Assembly (NCBI RefSeq): GCF_020745735.1 | Contig: NC_083453.1 | Span: 15,755,849-15,819,848 of the forward strand | Origin: Hemiscyllium ocellatum | Lineage: Eukaryota | DNA length: 64,000 nt | Reading direction: 5' to 3' | Shown here: positions 38,515 to 51,009 of the stretch, one piece after another | Layout of the letters: the number at the start of each line of letters is the position of its first letter | Numbering within the stretch: the first letter of the stretch is position 1 | The notes under the pieces: model-generated | Seen by the model: the letters and a program-made list of their open reading frames with translations, nothing else | The model's database searches: none | What the model was told of the DNA's origin: nothing | Position numbers and translations under genes: made by a program

Positions 38515-38730
38515 CGAACATACTTGGAATACATTGGGAATGCACCAGGATGAAACTGGAATAATCAGAAATACACTGGGGAATACACTAAGAATACACT
38601 GGGAATGCACCAGAATTACACCAACAACACTGAGGGGGGACACCGGGATTACACTGGAATACATCGGCAATACAATGGGATTACACGAATGTGACATTGG
38701 GAATACACTGGGAATGCACCAGAAATGCTG
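38515..38730. repeat. Degenerate ~11-bp minisatellite (GGAATACACTG-like) in wnt6 intron 2
   Basis: Repeated ggaatacactg/gggaatgcacc units. Confidence 0.65.
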
Positions 38731-39400
38731 GAGTCGGAACTGACAGCAGAAGTTAGCAATATCCTGGGAAGCTGGGGACGGAATGCCCAGGGCCAGCCAG
38801 CTCTGCCCTGCTGCAATCTGTCTGAGGACTGTGTGTGTGTAAAACCGTATCTTTGACAGTGGCTTGATACCTGGATAGACTGCGATGTGTGTCGTGAATC
38901 AACTTGTATCGTGCGTAAATAAATACATAAATAAATAGATATCCTACAGCAGTGGGACTTGAGGCTGCGCACTGGAGGGCCATGATCCACAGTGTGCAGG
39001 AGCTTTGCTGAATTCCAGTCATGAGATATCCATCCAGACTAAGCAGGGACCCTGCTTTCTGAGGAGGCAAAGTAACTCCTGTGTTTTCTAACCCCTGTTT
39101 AAGCAGTTCATTCACACCCCTCGCTCCCTCTCTGCGGTTTGATTGGCCAGGGTGTTGCCTCGCCCTGCTACCTGACAATCTATTGGACAAGCTTGTTTCC
39201 TGTCTTTGTTTGGCTGTCCCTGTCTGCTTTATAGTCTCGCACGTATGTCTGGGGGTTCTCGCTCTGTGTTTGCCCCTACTCCCCAGGGTCTCCTGCAACA
39301 TGGGTGTGCATTCGATCCTCCAGTTGGTTGGAATAACGTTGGAATAGAATCCCCCTCCTATCCTCCTCAACCTAACACAGGCCAGAGTCAGAATCTCTAC

Positions 39401-39621
39401 CTTGTTGCAGGATCTTGCTGAAGTATTTCTTGTGAGTGGTGCAGTTCCACTTGCGGAATCGGAACTGGTGCTGGCATTCCCGGATCCCAAGGCGGGCTCC
39501 CTTCGCCACCTCGCTGACGATCTCCGGTTGAGTCTGACACAGTTCAGCCTGCCTGCCTGCCAGCCGCTTGGCTTTCCTGCAGATGCTGTTGGGATCCATG
39601 ACCAAGGGGCTTCCTACCGCC
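39401..39621 (-). CDS. wnt6: Wnt6-family coding exon 2 (AVGSPLVMDPNSICRKAKRLAGRQAELC...ILQQD)
   Basis: Overlaps ORF 39372..39605. cag acceptor, gtagag donor. WWAVGSPLVMDP is diagnostic of Wnt6. Confidence 0.95.
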
Positions 39622-39679
39622 CTGCAGCGCGGGGGTCAAACCAGCGGCACAGCGTTACTTCAGAATAAAGCGAGACCTT

Positions 39680-41474
39680 CCACACACATTTCACTGACAC
39701 ACTCATTCACTAACACATATTTACCCTAATCCACATTCACTCACACACAGAAACACACGCTAACGCACTGGCATTCACAAACACGCTCACTGACACGTTC
39801 ACATTCACTCACACAGACTGACACACATTCACTGACAAACACACACATTGATACACACATATGTACTCACATTCACATGCATCACACTGACACTGACACT
39901 AACATTCTAACTCACTAACACATTGATACACACTACCATCACTGATGCACTCACTGATACCAGTGACACTCGCACACTGACACATACTCATACAGCTGGA
40001 CACACAGACTGACACATACACAAACACACACTGATACATACATTTATACAGACACGCACTAACATATACATTCAGGCTCATACTCTCCGTCTCATACTGA
40101 CACTCACGCACAGTCTCACACAATCAGTGGCATTCACACACATGCACAAACTGACAAATACCCACTTACACAAACACGCATACACTTACTGACACACACT
40201 CATGCACTGACTCTCACTCAGAACACAAACCCATTGACTTCATTCACATTCATTCATAGGCACACTCCCATGAACTCTCAGTCATACACTGACACACAGA
40301 GTCACACTCTTAACACACCCAAACACAATCACTGAAACACACACTGATGGAAACATTCATGCAGACATACACTCACTGACACACATATTAACACATATAT
40401 TTATACAGAAACACACATTCACAGACATACAATACCAAACAGTGACACACACATGCATACACACACTCAATGGCACATACATTCATACAGACACACACTG
40501 ACACACTCACTCATAAACATGCACATTCATACAGATACACCCTCACTGACACACACACTGACTCCCACTGACACATACACCCACACTCACATTGACACGC
40601 CCCCCCCACCCCACAGACACATACTGGCGCACACATACACTGACCACCTCCAAAACACACACTGACACACATTCGCGCACACTCACACTGAGACTTGCAT
40701 ATTCACAAACCGATATATTCACCCACACTCACAAACAAATTCATGCAGTGACGCGGGCAAACATCCCCCTCTCTTATATTCACTCACACACACTCCCATA
40801 AATACTCAGACATGTCTAGTGAAACACATACACACACATTCACTCAGTGGGACTCATACTGTCACTACTACACACACACACGCACAGATGTACTCACACT
40901 ACATGCACAATTTCACACACCGACACCTACACCCACAACCAGCCACACTCTAACTCTCCCTCTCTCATACTGACAAATACTGATACTCATGCACTCTCGC
41001 ACACACAGATACACACTCTCACTCACAGACACAAACCCACTGACTTCACTCACACTCATTCGCATACTCCCATAAACTCTCACAGGCACATATTGACACA
41101 CATAGTTGCACTCTACTACACTCAAACTTACATATTGACACACACACACACTTCTACCCAATCTCTCACGCACAGATTCTCACACACGCACTCAGATTCT
41201 CACAATCTCGCTAATGTGCAGATATACTCCCTTGTACACTCATACACATACACGTTCAAAACCAGACACTCGCATTCTCACACAAACGCACATTCAGAGA
41301 TACACTCTCACAGTCAGGCATACTCTCTCACACACTCACATTTTCACATAAACACACACTTACAGAAACACACAGACAAACTCGGAGACACACTCTCTCA
41401 CACAAGCACACTGTCGGAGGCCCACACGTTCACACATTCTCACACAAACATACTCTCGGAAACACACACACACA

Positions 41475-41528
<54 letters not shown>

Positions 41529-41575
41529 TGGAGACACACACTCTCACACACTCATTCATGTTCTCAGGCACACAT
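39680..41575. repeat. Degenerate (CA)n-rich low-complexity tract in wnt6 intron 1
   Basis: Visible directly; source of spurious His/Thr ORFs. Confidence 0.9.
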
Positions 41576-41924
41576 GCACCAGTTGAGTTTTCAGAGGAGT
41601 TGTGCCACAACCGCGGTTGAAGTGTACAAGAAAACGCAACTGATTGAACTCCGAGGCAATTTGTACAGGAATGAGACAAATTCCTCGCAAGTACACAGAG
41701 CGTGATGAATAAACGGCGAGGAGTTAGGAATCCGACTGATGAAGTGGTTCTGCTATTTGTGCGCTCGTTCGCTTCGAAACAGCGGGCCCTGAGCCAGGGA
41801 AAGAGCAACTATCTGGGATTTCCCAGATACAGGTGCTGTTTGCAAATGAGAGTAAGCAAAGGCTGTCAACACAATGGAGCCCCTGCACCCTCACAGTTCT
41901 CACCCTCACTGCTCCACTCTCCAG

Positions 41925-42475
41925 TGCACTCTCTCTCTCCTCAATCTCTCTGTTATATTCTCTCCTCACTTTCTCCATCATCCTCCCTCCTTACTTTCTC
42001 TATTATCCTCTCTCAATACTCCTTCTATTACCGCCCCTTCTCATTCCCTCTATCATATTCTCTCCTCACTCCCTCTATCATCCTTTCTTCACATTTACTC
42101 TATCACACCGTCTTCTTAATCACTATCTCCGCTCTTCTCTCTCTCCCCACACCCTCTTCCCCCATCTTGTTCTCTGCCCTCTCACTCCCTCATACCTCTC
42201 TCCCATTCTCTCTCTCTCTCTCCCATTCTCTCTCCCCTCCTGTCTCTCTACTCCCTCTTCTCCGCCCCGTTCTTCCCTCCTTATCCCTCCTCTCTGGCCT
42301 CTTTCACTGGTCTCTATCTCCCCTCTTCCCTCTCTTGCCCCCCCTTGCACTTTCTTCCCTCTTTCTCCGCTCCCCACTGTACTCTTTTCCCCTCTCTCCC
42401 TCTTTCTCATCTGCTCCTGTCCCTGACTCACTCTCTGCTCTCTCCCCTCGCTCTCTCCTGCTTTCCGCCTCTGCC
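41925..42475. repeat. (CT)n-rich polypyrimidine low-complexity tract in wnt6 intron 1
   Basis: Visible directly. Confidence 0.85.
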
Positions 42476-42621
42476 TTCTGAAAACACCACTGCCTCCTCG
42501 GTTACAAGTTCCCTCAAGCCACCCCCCCCCCCCTCCTCCACCCTCCTCACCCCCACCACCAGCCCGAACAACGCCTTGTCCGACAAGTATCCTCCGGAGC
42601 CCGAGACCCGACCCGACTCAC

Positions 42622-42698
42622 CACCACAGGCTGATGATGTTGGCGGGGTACAGAAGACAGAAGAAAACTCGGAGCTGAGCTGCAGCGAAAGGCCACAT
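42622..42698 (-). CDS. wnt6: Wnt6-family coding exon 1 (MWPFAAAQLRVFFCLLYPANIISLWW)
   Basis: ATG at 42698-42696, signal peptide ending in LWW, gtgagt donor at 42621. Phase 2 fits exon 2. Confidence 0.9.
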
Positions 42699-43785
42699 CT
42701 CGGTGTCTGTCCAGCTCAGAGAGAGGCACTGGAACCCCTTCCTTCCCTCCCTCCCTCCCTCTCCTGTTCCGCTCAGTTCACCCGCGGATTTCCATCTCCC
42801 GCAAGGACTGGGAGAGGGGAGGGGGAGGGAGGGGGTTTCATTTCGCTTCTCTCTCTCTCTCTCTCTCTCTTTTGACTTGTGTGTGTCCGACTGGGTGGGA
42901 CTGAAGGAAGGAGAATCCCGACTCCTCAAATGGGCATGAGGACTAAAACCACAGCTCCCACAATGACACCCCCTCCTCTCCCAAGGTAATACGGCGCCTG
43001 TCCCACTTCCAGTGCCGCTTGAGAAGCAGGTGAAGGGCCGTCATTTCGAGCATCCAGTTTCGGAATGATGCACAAGACTGAGACCAGTAACCATTCAACA
43101 CCCAAGCAATATGTTTAACATCCATCACGTAATATATCTTCACTATGGAATGCGCATATCGAGACCGATACATCAATTGACGTCTTATATATATCTCCCC
43201 GTCCCCTTTCTTCATTTGACTGGACTGTATTTGAAAAGCCTGTTTTCTTCCGTTCCTCAGTTTACTTCCCCCCACCCTCTGTTTTATGAAGAGAATCTCG
43301 CTCCAGTAAATCCCACCGCCAATCCACGAGGCTTTAGCGCCCACGATGCGCTCATGTCTGAGGGCTTTTTCTGGGGAAGCGAGTTTGAACTGGGATCTTT
43401 GAGGAGCTGACATCTGACAAAGGGCTCCGTAAAGGAATGGAACAGGAAATCGGTTCATGTGCATGGTTGCGCCAAGCCATTTCAGATTCCGATGATAAAT
43501 AGAGAGGACTGAGAAATAACTTGAGCAATTTAGAGGAAAGTGATCAATGTTCCCAAAATCCGGGCCCTTGTCCCCTCTGAAATTCCTTATCCCCACCTAA
43601 CCCCGAACACAGCATGATGGGTCACAGTCCTCCAGTCGACTGTGAACAAGCGACTACTCACAACGCTGGGCTGCCATCAGCACATGTATTATCCATAGGT
43701 CTGGGAGCAGTCTTATTTCAGATTTAAATGTTTTTAATCTAGCTGCTCAGTCATGCTAGAATACACCTCTAGAGCAGGTGGGTCT

Positions 43786-44586
43786 TAAGACCATAAGACA
43801 TAGGAGTGGAAGTAAGGCCATTCGGCCCATCGAGTCCACTCCGCCATTCAATCATGGCTGTGTATTTCAACTCCACTTACCCGCATTCTCCCCGTAGCCC
43901 TTAATTCCTTGTGACATCAAGAATTTATCAATCTCTGCCTTGAAGACATTTAGCGTCCCGGCCTCCACTGCAATCTGCGGCAATGAATTCCACAGGCCCA
44001 CCACTCTCTGGCTGAAGAAATGTCTCTGTGTTTCTGTTCTGAATTGACCCCCTCTAATTCTAAGGCTGCGTCCACGGGTCCTAGTCTCCTCGCCTAACAG
44101 AAACAATTTCCTAGCGTCCACCCTTTCCAAGCCATGTATTATCTTGTAAGTTTCTATTAAATCTCCCCTTAATCTTCTAAACTCCAATGAGTACATCCCA
44201 GGATCATCACCCGTTCCTCGTATGCTAGACCAACCATTCCAGGGATCATCCTGTGAATCTCTGCTGGACACTCTCCAGTGCCAGTATGTCCTTCCTGAGG
44301 TGTGGGGACCAAAACTGGACACAGTATCCTAAATGGGGCCTAGCCAGAACTTTATAAAGTCTCAGTAGCACAACGGTGCTTTTATATTCCAACCCTCTTG
44401 AGATAAATGACAACATTGCATTCGCTTTCTTAATCACGGACTCAACCTGCATGTTTACCTTTAGAGAATCCTCGACTAGCACGCCCAGATCCCTTTGTAC
44501 TTTGGCTTGACGAATTTTCTCACCGCTTAGAAAGTAGTCCATGCTTGTATTCTTTTTTCCAAAGTGCAAGACCTCGCATTTGCTCA
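43786..44586 (-). mobile_element. CR1 LINE 3' fragment, same subfamily as 24214-26885
   Basis: ORFs 44246..44668 and 43867..44322 are nearly identical to 26004..26813. Flanking ggtct repeat. Confidence 0.92.
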
Positions 44587-44719
44587 GGTCTGTGTTCTGA
44601 CTCCGAGGTAGGGACACTATTACCATACTATGCTGCAAGAAGTCCAAAGCGATTACAATTGTATGCAATAGTCCATAAAGATGAGAATTGCGACTGAGCT
44701 AGCAGCACCCATCCATTCG

Positions 44720-45135
44720 GGGTAAAGTAATAGTGGTTATGTCACCGGACTATTAAGCTAGAAGCCTGGACTAATGATTCAGAGACATGTATTCAACTTT
44801 CAAAATCAAAGATCTAAGAAATTTAAACTCAATTGAGATTTAACAACTTTGGAACGACTTTTATATTAGCAATGGTGACCATGAAACTAAGGAATTGGTG
44901 TAACTGAAAACTCATCTGGTTCACTGCTGCCCCTTCGGTGACGGAAATCTGCTATCCTCATCTCGTCTGGCCTCCATGTGACTCCAGATCCACAGCTGCG
45001 TGGTTGAATCTCACTTGCCTTCCGAAAGAGGCGCTCAGTCGGATTGACCAAGGCAGTTCACCGCCACTTTCTCAAGGGCAATGAAGGATGGGCAATTCAT
45101 CCTGGCCCAGCCAGCGATAGTCACGTCCCAAAAGA
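44720..45135 (+). mobile_element. Same SINE family as 2130-2470
   Basis: catctggttcactg...tctggcctccatgtgactccagatcc...caagggcaatgaaggatgggc. Confidence 0.6.
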
Positions 45136-46665
45136 AATCCGCAAACAACGCCGCTGCGCAACTTAGGAACAGTTCACGAACTGCAAATCTGTCCCTCACA
45201 TCTCACTAGGCACCACATCAGAACGGGTGCTTCTTTACAATAATAATGCAACATATAGCCGCCTGCCAGAACTCGGCAATAATTCTTCAATCTTGGCTTT
45301 ATTGGCGCTATTAATCCTTTTTGAAACCTGTCGACGAATTTACTCAAAGTGAACCCCATGTCTAAACCTTGCCGAGAACGAGGAGAACTGTCAATCAATC
45401 AATTGCCTGCCCAACACTATTGTTTTCCTCCAGATCAATGGAGATGCGGAGTTATGTTAGTGAAGTGACAGGGGACCCTCCATTGTATTCGAGCAGGTCA
45501 CGTTGACCACCTGCCGAGGAAACTACAGCCATCGTACCACCCAGTGGGGACAGGCTCATGGAGGGAGCAAGGTATCAGGTAACAAGGTAACATTGCCTTA
45601 GCGTAAAAGCGTGTTATACGAAGCGCAATTTACAAGATTTGTTGTTAACAGGAAAGACAAGAACCATCTCACGTAACATTAAAGGGATTACTGAGGTGAC
45701 GGCCCTTGAATTTACAGCAACACTTGGAAAGACAACGGGTGTACTGTCTGGATATTGTATGATATTGTATATTAAATTACAGCAGTTTCCATTACATTGT
45801 GTTATATATGATATCATTCTTTATTATATTCTATCAGCGGGAAGGAATTAGCTAATTGTGCACTTATATTCAGATTGTGAATGTGACGAGGTATCCCTTT
45901 GAGACCACTCCTTAGCAGCCAAATCACTCTCCAGCAGCACAAAATCATACCTTGTGTTTAGTAATAAACTATATGTGCAAACGGCAGCGCTTTGTACAGG
46001 AAATAGCATCAGATGCCATCTCTGAGCCGCACACTACAATGGGCGGACCATCAATAAACAGAGCGCTGCACACCAAGGGCGTTCTGGCTGAAAGCGAATT
46101 GGACTTTCCCAGGGACTATACCGCAGGAGCGCCCCATAGACAAAGAAATTACCAAGGTCTTTCTGCCAAGTGATAGCGAAATGGGGAAACAGTGCTCCTT
46201 GCCAATTATTGAAGGATTTTAAATGTGTGCCTTGGCCTTTTTAGCACTGTCACGTGTATGGGTTATATCTGAATGTCCTTCGGGGTGATGTGAAACTTCA
46301 CCACCGAGAGTGCATAACAATGGCCAAAGATTCAGAAAAATTATAATTAGACTCCAATTGGTTCATCTATCACTTGGCGGCGGGAATGTTGTGTTCACAA
46401 AGGTCATTAGGTAGAACACAAATCTTTTCTGGGACAAGTTCAGGATCTGAATTGTCTATTGCATACACACACAAATTCATGCAGAGTGCGTTTTAAATAC
46501 TGCGTTTCTCTAAATAAACAGATTACTTTAGCAAAATAATTTCCTAATGCTCAAGGAATCTATTTTGAACACTTGCAAAAGCGGCTAGGAATTTTATGTC
46601 ACATCATGTCAGAGATACAGAGACTGAGGTTTGAACATATGGAAACACGGGCGGATAAATCTTTA

Positions 46666-46804
46666 AAGAAGTGAGGACTGCAGATGCTGGAGACCAGAGC
46701 TGAAAATGTGTTGCTGGAAAAGCGCAGCAGGTCAGGCAGCATCCAAGGAACAGGAGAGTCGACGTTTCGGGCATAAGCGCTTTTCCAGCAACACATTTTC
46801 AGCT
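46666..46804 (-). mobile_element. Penelope-like 3' end with 14-bp target-site duplication and internal inversion
   Basis: cggataaatcttta at 46652-46665 and 46805-46818. 46697-46725 and 46777-46805 are perfect 29-bp reverse complements. Confidence 0.8.
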
Positions 46805-47509
46805 CGGATAAATCTTTACACTTGTGCCAGATTCTGAAAACGCACGAACGTTTCTAAAACATCACACGCTCTGGAAATGTAGCAGATACACCTCAGCATG
46901 GTGCTAAAAACGAATCAGTTTGCTCATTGGTGAAAAGTCTAATCGGACTGGATGCCAAACACGTGAAACTAACTCTAGTTTATCAAGGCTACGGCCAATA
47001 TATTAAAACAGCACGTGAATTTTATATATTATTCTAAATATTCCAACTAGACTAAAGATGTGTTTCACAGACTACAAGGAAACCGTTTGCGCCTTGTTGC
47101 TGAATATATTTCTGCTGCTTTGAGAGGATCGGGTTTTGGAGCCATGTCAAACTCTACCGATTGAGGACGTTGCAATCATCTGAATTTGCCTCGCACTTTC
47201 ACTTCTGACGCCTCGGGAATGGCAAGCGTTGAAGCCATTTTCCCTCGTGGGTAAGAAGCAATGTCACATTGAACTAAGGCCCCGGTGGAAACGGCGCCGG
47301 CGTCCTCTCCGTTGCTCTGACGGCTCGAGAGCGCCATCGCAAGGACAGTCATCATCAGGAACACCCCCCCAACTTGTCTGAAGAGGCAATTTTCAAACCC
47401 TTCAGCAACAATATATCGATCTTTTAAATCATCTCATATTGCTAATCTGAGAACAGGTCTATTTGACAAATAGTGGCAGTATACTTTGTTTCTTCCTTTT
47501 CTCGGTTAA

Positions 47510-47875
47510 AAATCACACAACACCAGGTTAGAGTCCAACAGGTTTATTTGGAAGCACTAGCTTTCGAGGTGCTGCTCCATCTGTGGAGCAGGACCATAAG
47601 ACACAGAATTTTTTGCAAAAGGTTACAGTGCCATGCAACTGAAATATATTAAACAAACTTCGATTGAGTCTTTCATCTTTTAGAATGGTTTTGCTAGTTT
47701 CGCTTCGTTAATATGTAAATCCCAGAACTTTTAAGTCACATTCAGCGATTGCTGAAGAAGGGTTATACCCGAAACGCTGATTTCTCCACCTCCTGATGCT
47801 GCCTGGCTTGCAGTGTTCTTCCAGCCCCCTGCCTATCTATTCTGGATTCAAGCATCTGCAGGTTTTTTTTTGCCT
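47510..47875. mobile_element. Two Penelope-like ends head-to-head (47510-47745 minus; 47752-47875 plus with CTGAAGAAGGGTTATACCCGAAAC core)
   Basis: The left part matches the 15.9-16.2 kb family (aaatcacacaacaccaggtt...). The right part has a hammerhead core with GGGT/ACCC stem II and the gatgctgcctgg...agcatctgcag tail. Confidence 0.7.
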
Positions 47876-49108
47876 CCAACTGCATTGAAATAGTGGCCGC
47901 CATGGATGATGTTATAGCATTGATAATTCGCACCGTTTCCAAACGATGGTGGCTGCTCCGGACGCCTTGACATTGATACCATCTTTAGTACATGAAAGGA
48001 CGCGACAGGAGCCGTTTTCACAGCGTGCCCAGCAGTTCCACCTTCAGGTAATTTCCCAGTTTTTAGGGGGTGCGGTGGGGGTTGGGGGAGCGGTTTAATA
48101 AAACGGAAAATTGAGAGTTTAAAACGTTGAAGGGAGACTGGAGAAACAATGAAAGTCGCTGCCACATAACATTGGAGAAAATCCTAGAAACCAACCCAAA
48201 ATCAATGATTCCCTGATTCCAGGGTTGGCAGGAGGGGTGTTCTTGTGGTACAGTGGTAGTGTACATACCTCTGAAGCAGGTGGGGTTTGAACCCAGACTT
48301 CCTGATCCAGAGGTGTGTTATACCATCTCTGAACGGGGTGGTTAGAACATATTTAAAATGTTGACCAGTTTATCAAGTGGGCGATTATATTTCGATGTCT
48401 ATTCTAGTCTCTTCAGCTGCTGTGCCGTGATATTATGGGACTGAGGGAGAGGAATAGATTCTCGGCTTGTTTGTCACTGCGCAACACACACACTCAGAGG
48501 CTTGAAAGCAAGCTGGCTGGGTCCGTGACAGCTCCCAACAAACTCACGGTCACCTTCAGCAAATTTCACTTTGCAAGCGAAAGGAAAACGAAATCAAGAG
48601 CAAACCGCGACGGAGGCGTCAGGAGCGGTTTCAGTGCAGGGCTCCGGGCGTCCCTCGCCGCGAGTGTGTGTGTGTGTGTGTGTGTGTGAGCCGCAGGTTT
48701 GGAAAAAAAAGCGACTTCAAGGAGCACCGCGAGAAGAGAGTGGTCCCCGCGAATGAGACAGCATCACTGTTCGCTTGACAGAAATGCCGACCCCTGCGAG
48801 GCAAGGAGTGAGGCCATTTGCTGGAGAATTGCGGACACGTTCCTCCACACAGTAGCGGCTGGTTGACCGTCCCGGAAAGGACTTGAACAATCAGATTCGC
48901 TGGCTTCCATGGGCATTCAACCGCCTGAATGGGCTGTCTTCCAGCGGGCCGAATGATAGACACTTTGATGGACAGCTCTCGGCTCGGATCGCGCAGGCGA
49001 TAGGGGAAGAATGTGCCCCCTTTCCTGCCATTGTTCCTCTAAACTGGGAGGTTTGTCCGCCACTTACACCCCCCCCCCACCCCCAAATAAAAGCTCGTCC
49101 TACAAACT

Positions 49109-49114
49109 TATAAG
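49109..49114 (+). promoter_or_regulatory. Candidate TATA box (TATAAG) of wnt1
   Basis: About 250 bp upstream of the wnt1 ATG, downstream of a CpG-rich stretch (approx. 48600-49000). Position only, no expression data. Confidence 0.4.
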
Positions 49115-49363
49115 AAGGCAGCAAATCCCGTGATGAAACTTCTGTGATCAGGGCACCCTGCACTCATTGGCGAAGGCTAGACCTGGGTGCACACAAATTT
49201 GCCATCTTTTTCACAATCGAATTCGTGTCTGTGCTGGGCGGGGGTGGGGGAGTGGGGTGGGGGGGGGGTGGGGGGGGTGGTAAAAGGAGGCGACAACCTC
49301 AAGCCCCACAGAAACACTCCTTCTTGTTTGGTTGTGAATGATCGTTCCTGCTCGAACAGCAGC

Positions 49364-49455
49364 ATGACATTAGTTCTGGGACTGAAGACTCTGTGGCTTT
49401 TGGCGTTCGGCTCCCTTTCCAACACGCTGGCGGTTAATAACAGTGGGAGATGGTG
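49364..49455 (+). CDS. wnt1: Wnt1 coding exon 1 ([31 protein letters not shown])
   Basis: ATG at 49364 (A at -3), signal peptide, Wnt1-specific AVNNSGRWW, gtaagt donor at 49456. Confidence 0.92.
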
Positions 49456-49668
49456 GTAAGTTTCAACCCCCCCCCCCCCAACTCCCGCCCCTACCCCCCT
49501 CCCCTCGAACATAAGCCCGAATATGTGTCTTTAACAGATGAAAGAGCCCGCCAGCAGCAGGGACAGGTGCAAGGGCAGTTCTATCAATGCCGTCCGAGTA
49601 GTGGGTCTATTTCTGTGCACCATTCTCCAAAATTGCACGTTTTGTTATTTTGTTTGTGTGTGTTTCAG

Positions 49669-49922
49669 GGGCATTGTAAACATTGCTTCCTCCTCCAACT
49701 TGCTGACCGACTCCAAGTACGTCCAGCTGGTTTTGGACCCGAGCCTACAGCTGCTGAGTCGAAAGCAACGGAAACTGATTCGCCAGAACCCGGGCATTCT
49801 GCACAGCATCACCGGGGGAGTGCAGTCCGCCATCAGGGAGTGCAAGTGGCAATTCCGCAACCGACGCTGGAACTGTCCAACCAGCCAGAGCTCCAACATC
49901 TTTGGCAAAATCGTTAACCGAG
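49669..49922 (+). CDS. wnt1: Wnt1 coding exon 2 ([16 protein letters not shown]...[18 protein letters not shown]...FGKIVNRG)
   Basis: ORF 49538..49951. tttcag acceptor, gtagg donor. Near-identical to vertebrate Wnt1. Confidence 0.96.
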
Positions 49923-51009
49923 GTAGGCTCGGCCAGGCCAGGGGCACCTAGGCCACTTTCAAATCGGTGCCTCCCAGCTCAAGTGTAGCCCAGTCCAGGT
50001 CCAGATGGCGAAATAGGCCCGTTGACCCATCAGATTGGGCCCATGTGCAGACATAGAACAAACAAAAAGCCTCACGAGGTTCCCTGTATAGTGTTGGTCA
50101 GTTCCGACCTGAAATCAGCCGACCCAAGGTGGATTGGACTGAAAGGCCATGGAACACAGTGTCCCGGGCCCATTCCCGGCCAAGTTAGCCTATTCCCCCC
50201 CCCCCCCCCCCCCCCCCGCAGAACAGCCTGCCCAAGCAAAGGTATCGGACTGCGGCAGCAGGTTACTAGGCCGGCTGGGATTGAGGAATCAAACTCTTCA
50301 CCACAGGCCGAGATTCTTCATAAGGAGAATCTCCCCCTCCCCTCACACACACTCGCACAAAGGTCAGTCTATTGTTGTCTCACTGAGTATTTACTAGGCC
50401 AGCATCTTCATTGGGCTGAATGGCAGCATTAAGCCGGTCTGCGCTCCGGTAGCCATCCCTCTCTGTCCTGACACTATCTCAGCTGCCGGCCGAAGGTTGG
50501 GAATTTGCACGGTGTTAACTCGATGACAGGATCTGATAACCATTGCGTGCTGAATGTTCACGTTAGGGACCGGCGTTACTAACCTTGATCTCGCTTGGGG
50601 CTGAATGGTTCCACCAGTTTCAATGCTGATGTGCAGCTCATTCGAGACCATTCTATCAGTCCTTGCCGATGTCCAGTTTGTTTCTTTTAGATGCTCCTCC
50701 AGTGAATTAGTTCTCGTCCTCATTCCCTACGTTTAACGATTTTAACTAACAGTATTTTTTCTTACTCGCCGATGTTCTGATGCTTTCTGCGGTGGTTCTG
50801 GCTTTTGTGTGCACCTTTCTCTCTCTGTCTTTCCCTATTTCCTTTGGACACATCTCCCCGCCCTGCCACACCGCCTCTCTGTTCGCTCTCATTATCTCGA
50901 ATTCGCTGTACACATGACTCTCGCTGTGTTTACTCAACAGTTCGACGTACCGCCGTGTCGTCCGCATGTCTTCATCGCTCTAATAGATTCTTCGCATTTG
51001 ATGTGGAGT

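Noticed and set aside
38753-39490. 245-aa minus-strand ORF overlapping wnt6 exon 2
   Set aside because: It is an alternative frame of the exon running into the intron, with no recognisable domain.
42699-42929. N-terminal extensions of Wnt6 (and of Wnt1, 49187-49363) suggested by the ORF track
   Set aside because: They start at TTG/GTG and cross simple repeats. The downstream ATGs give normal signal peptides.
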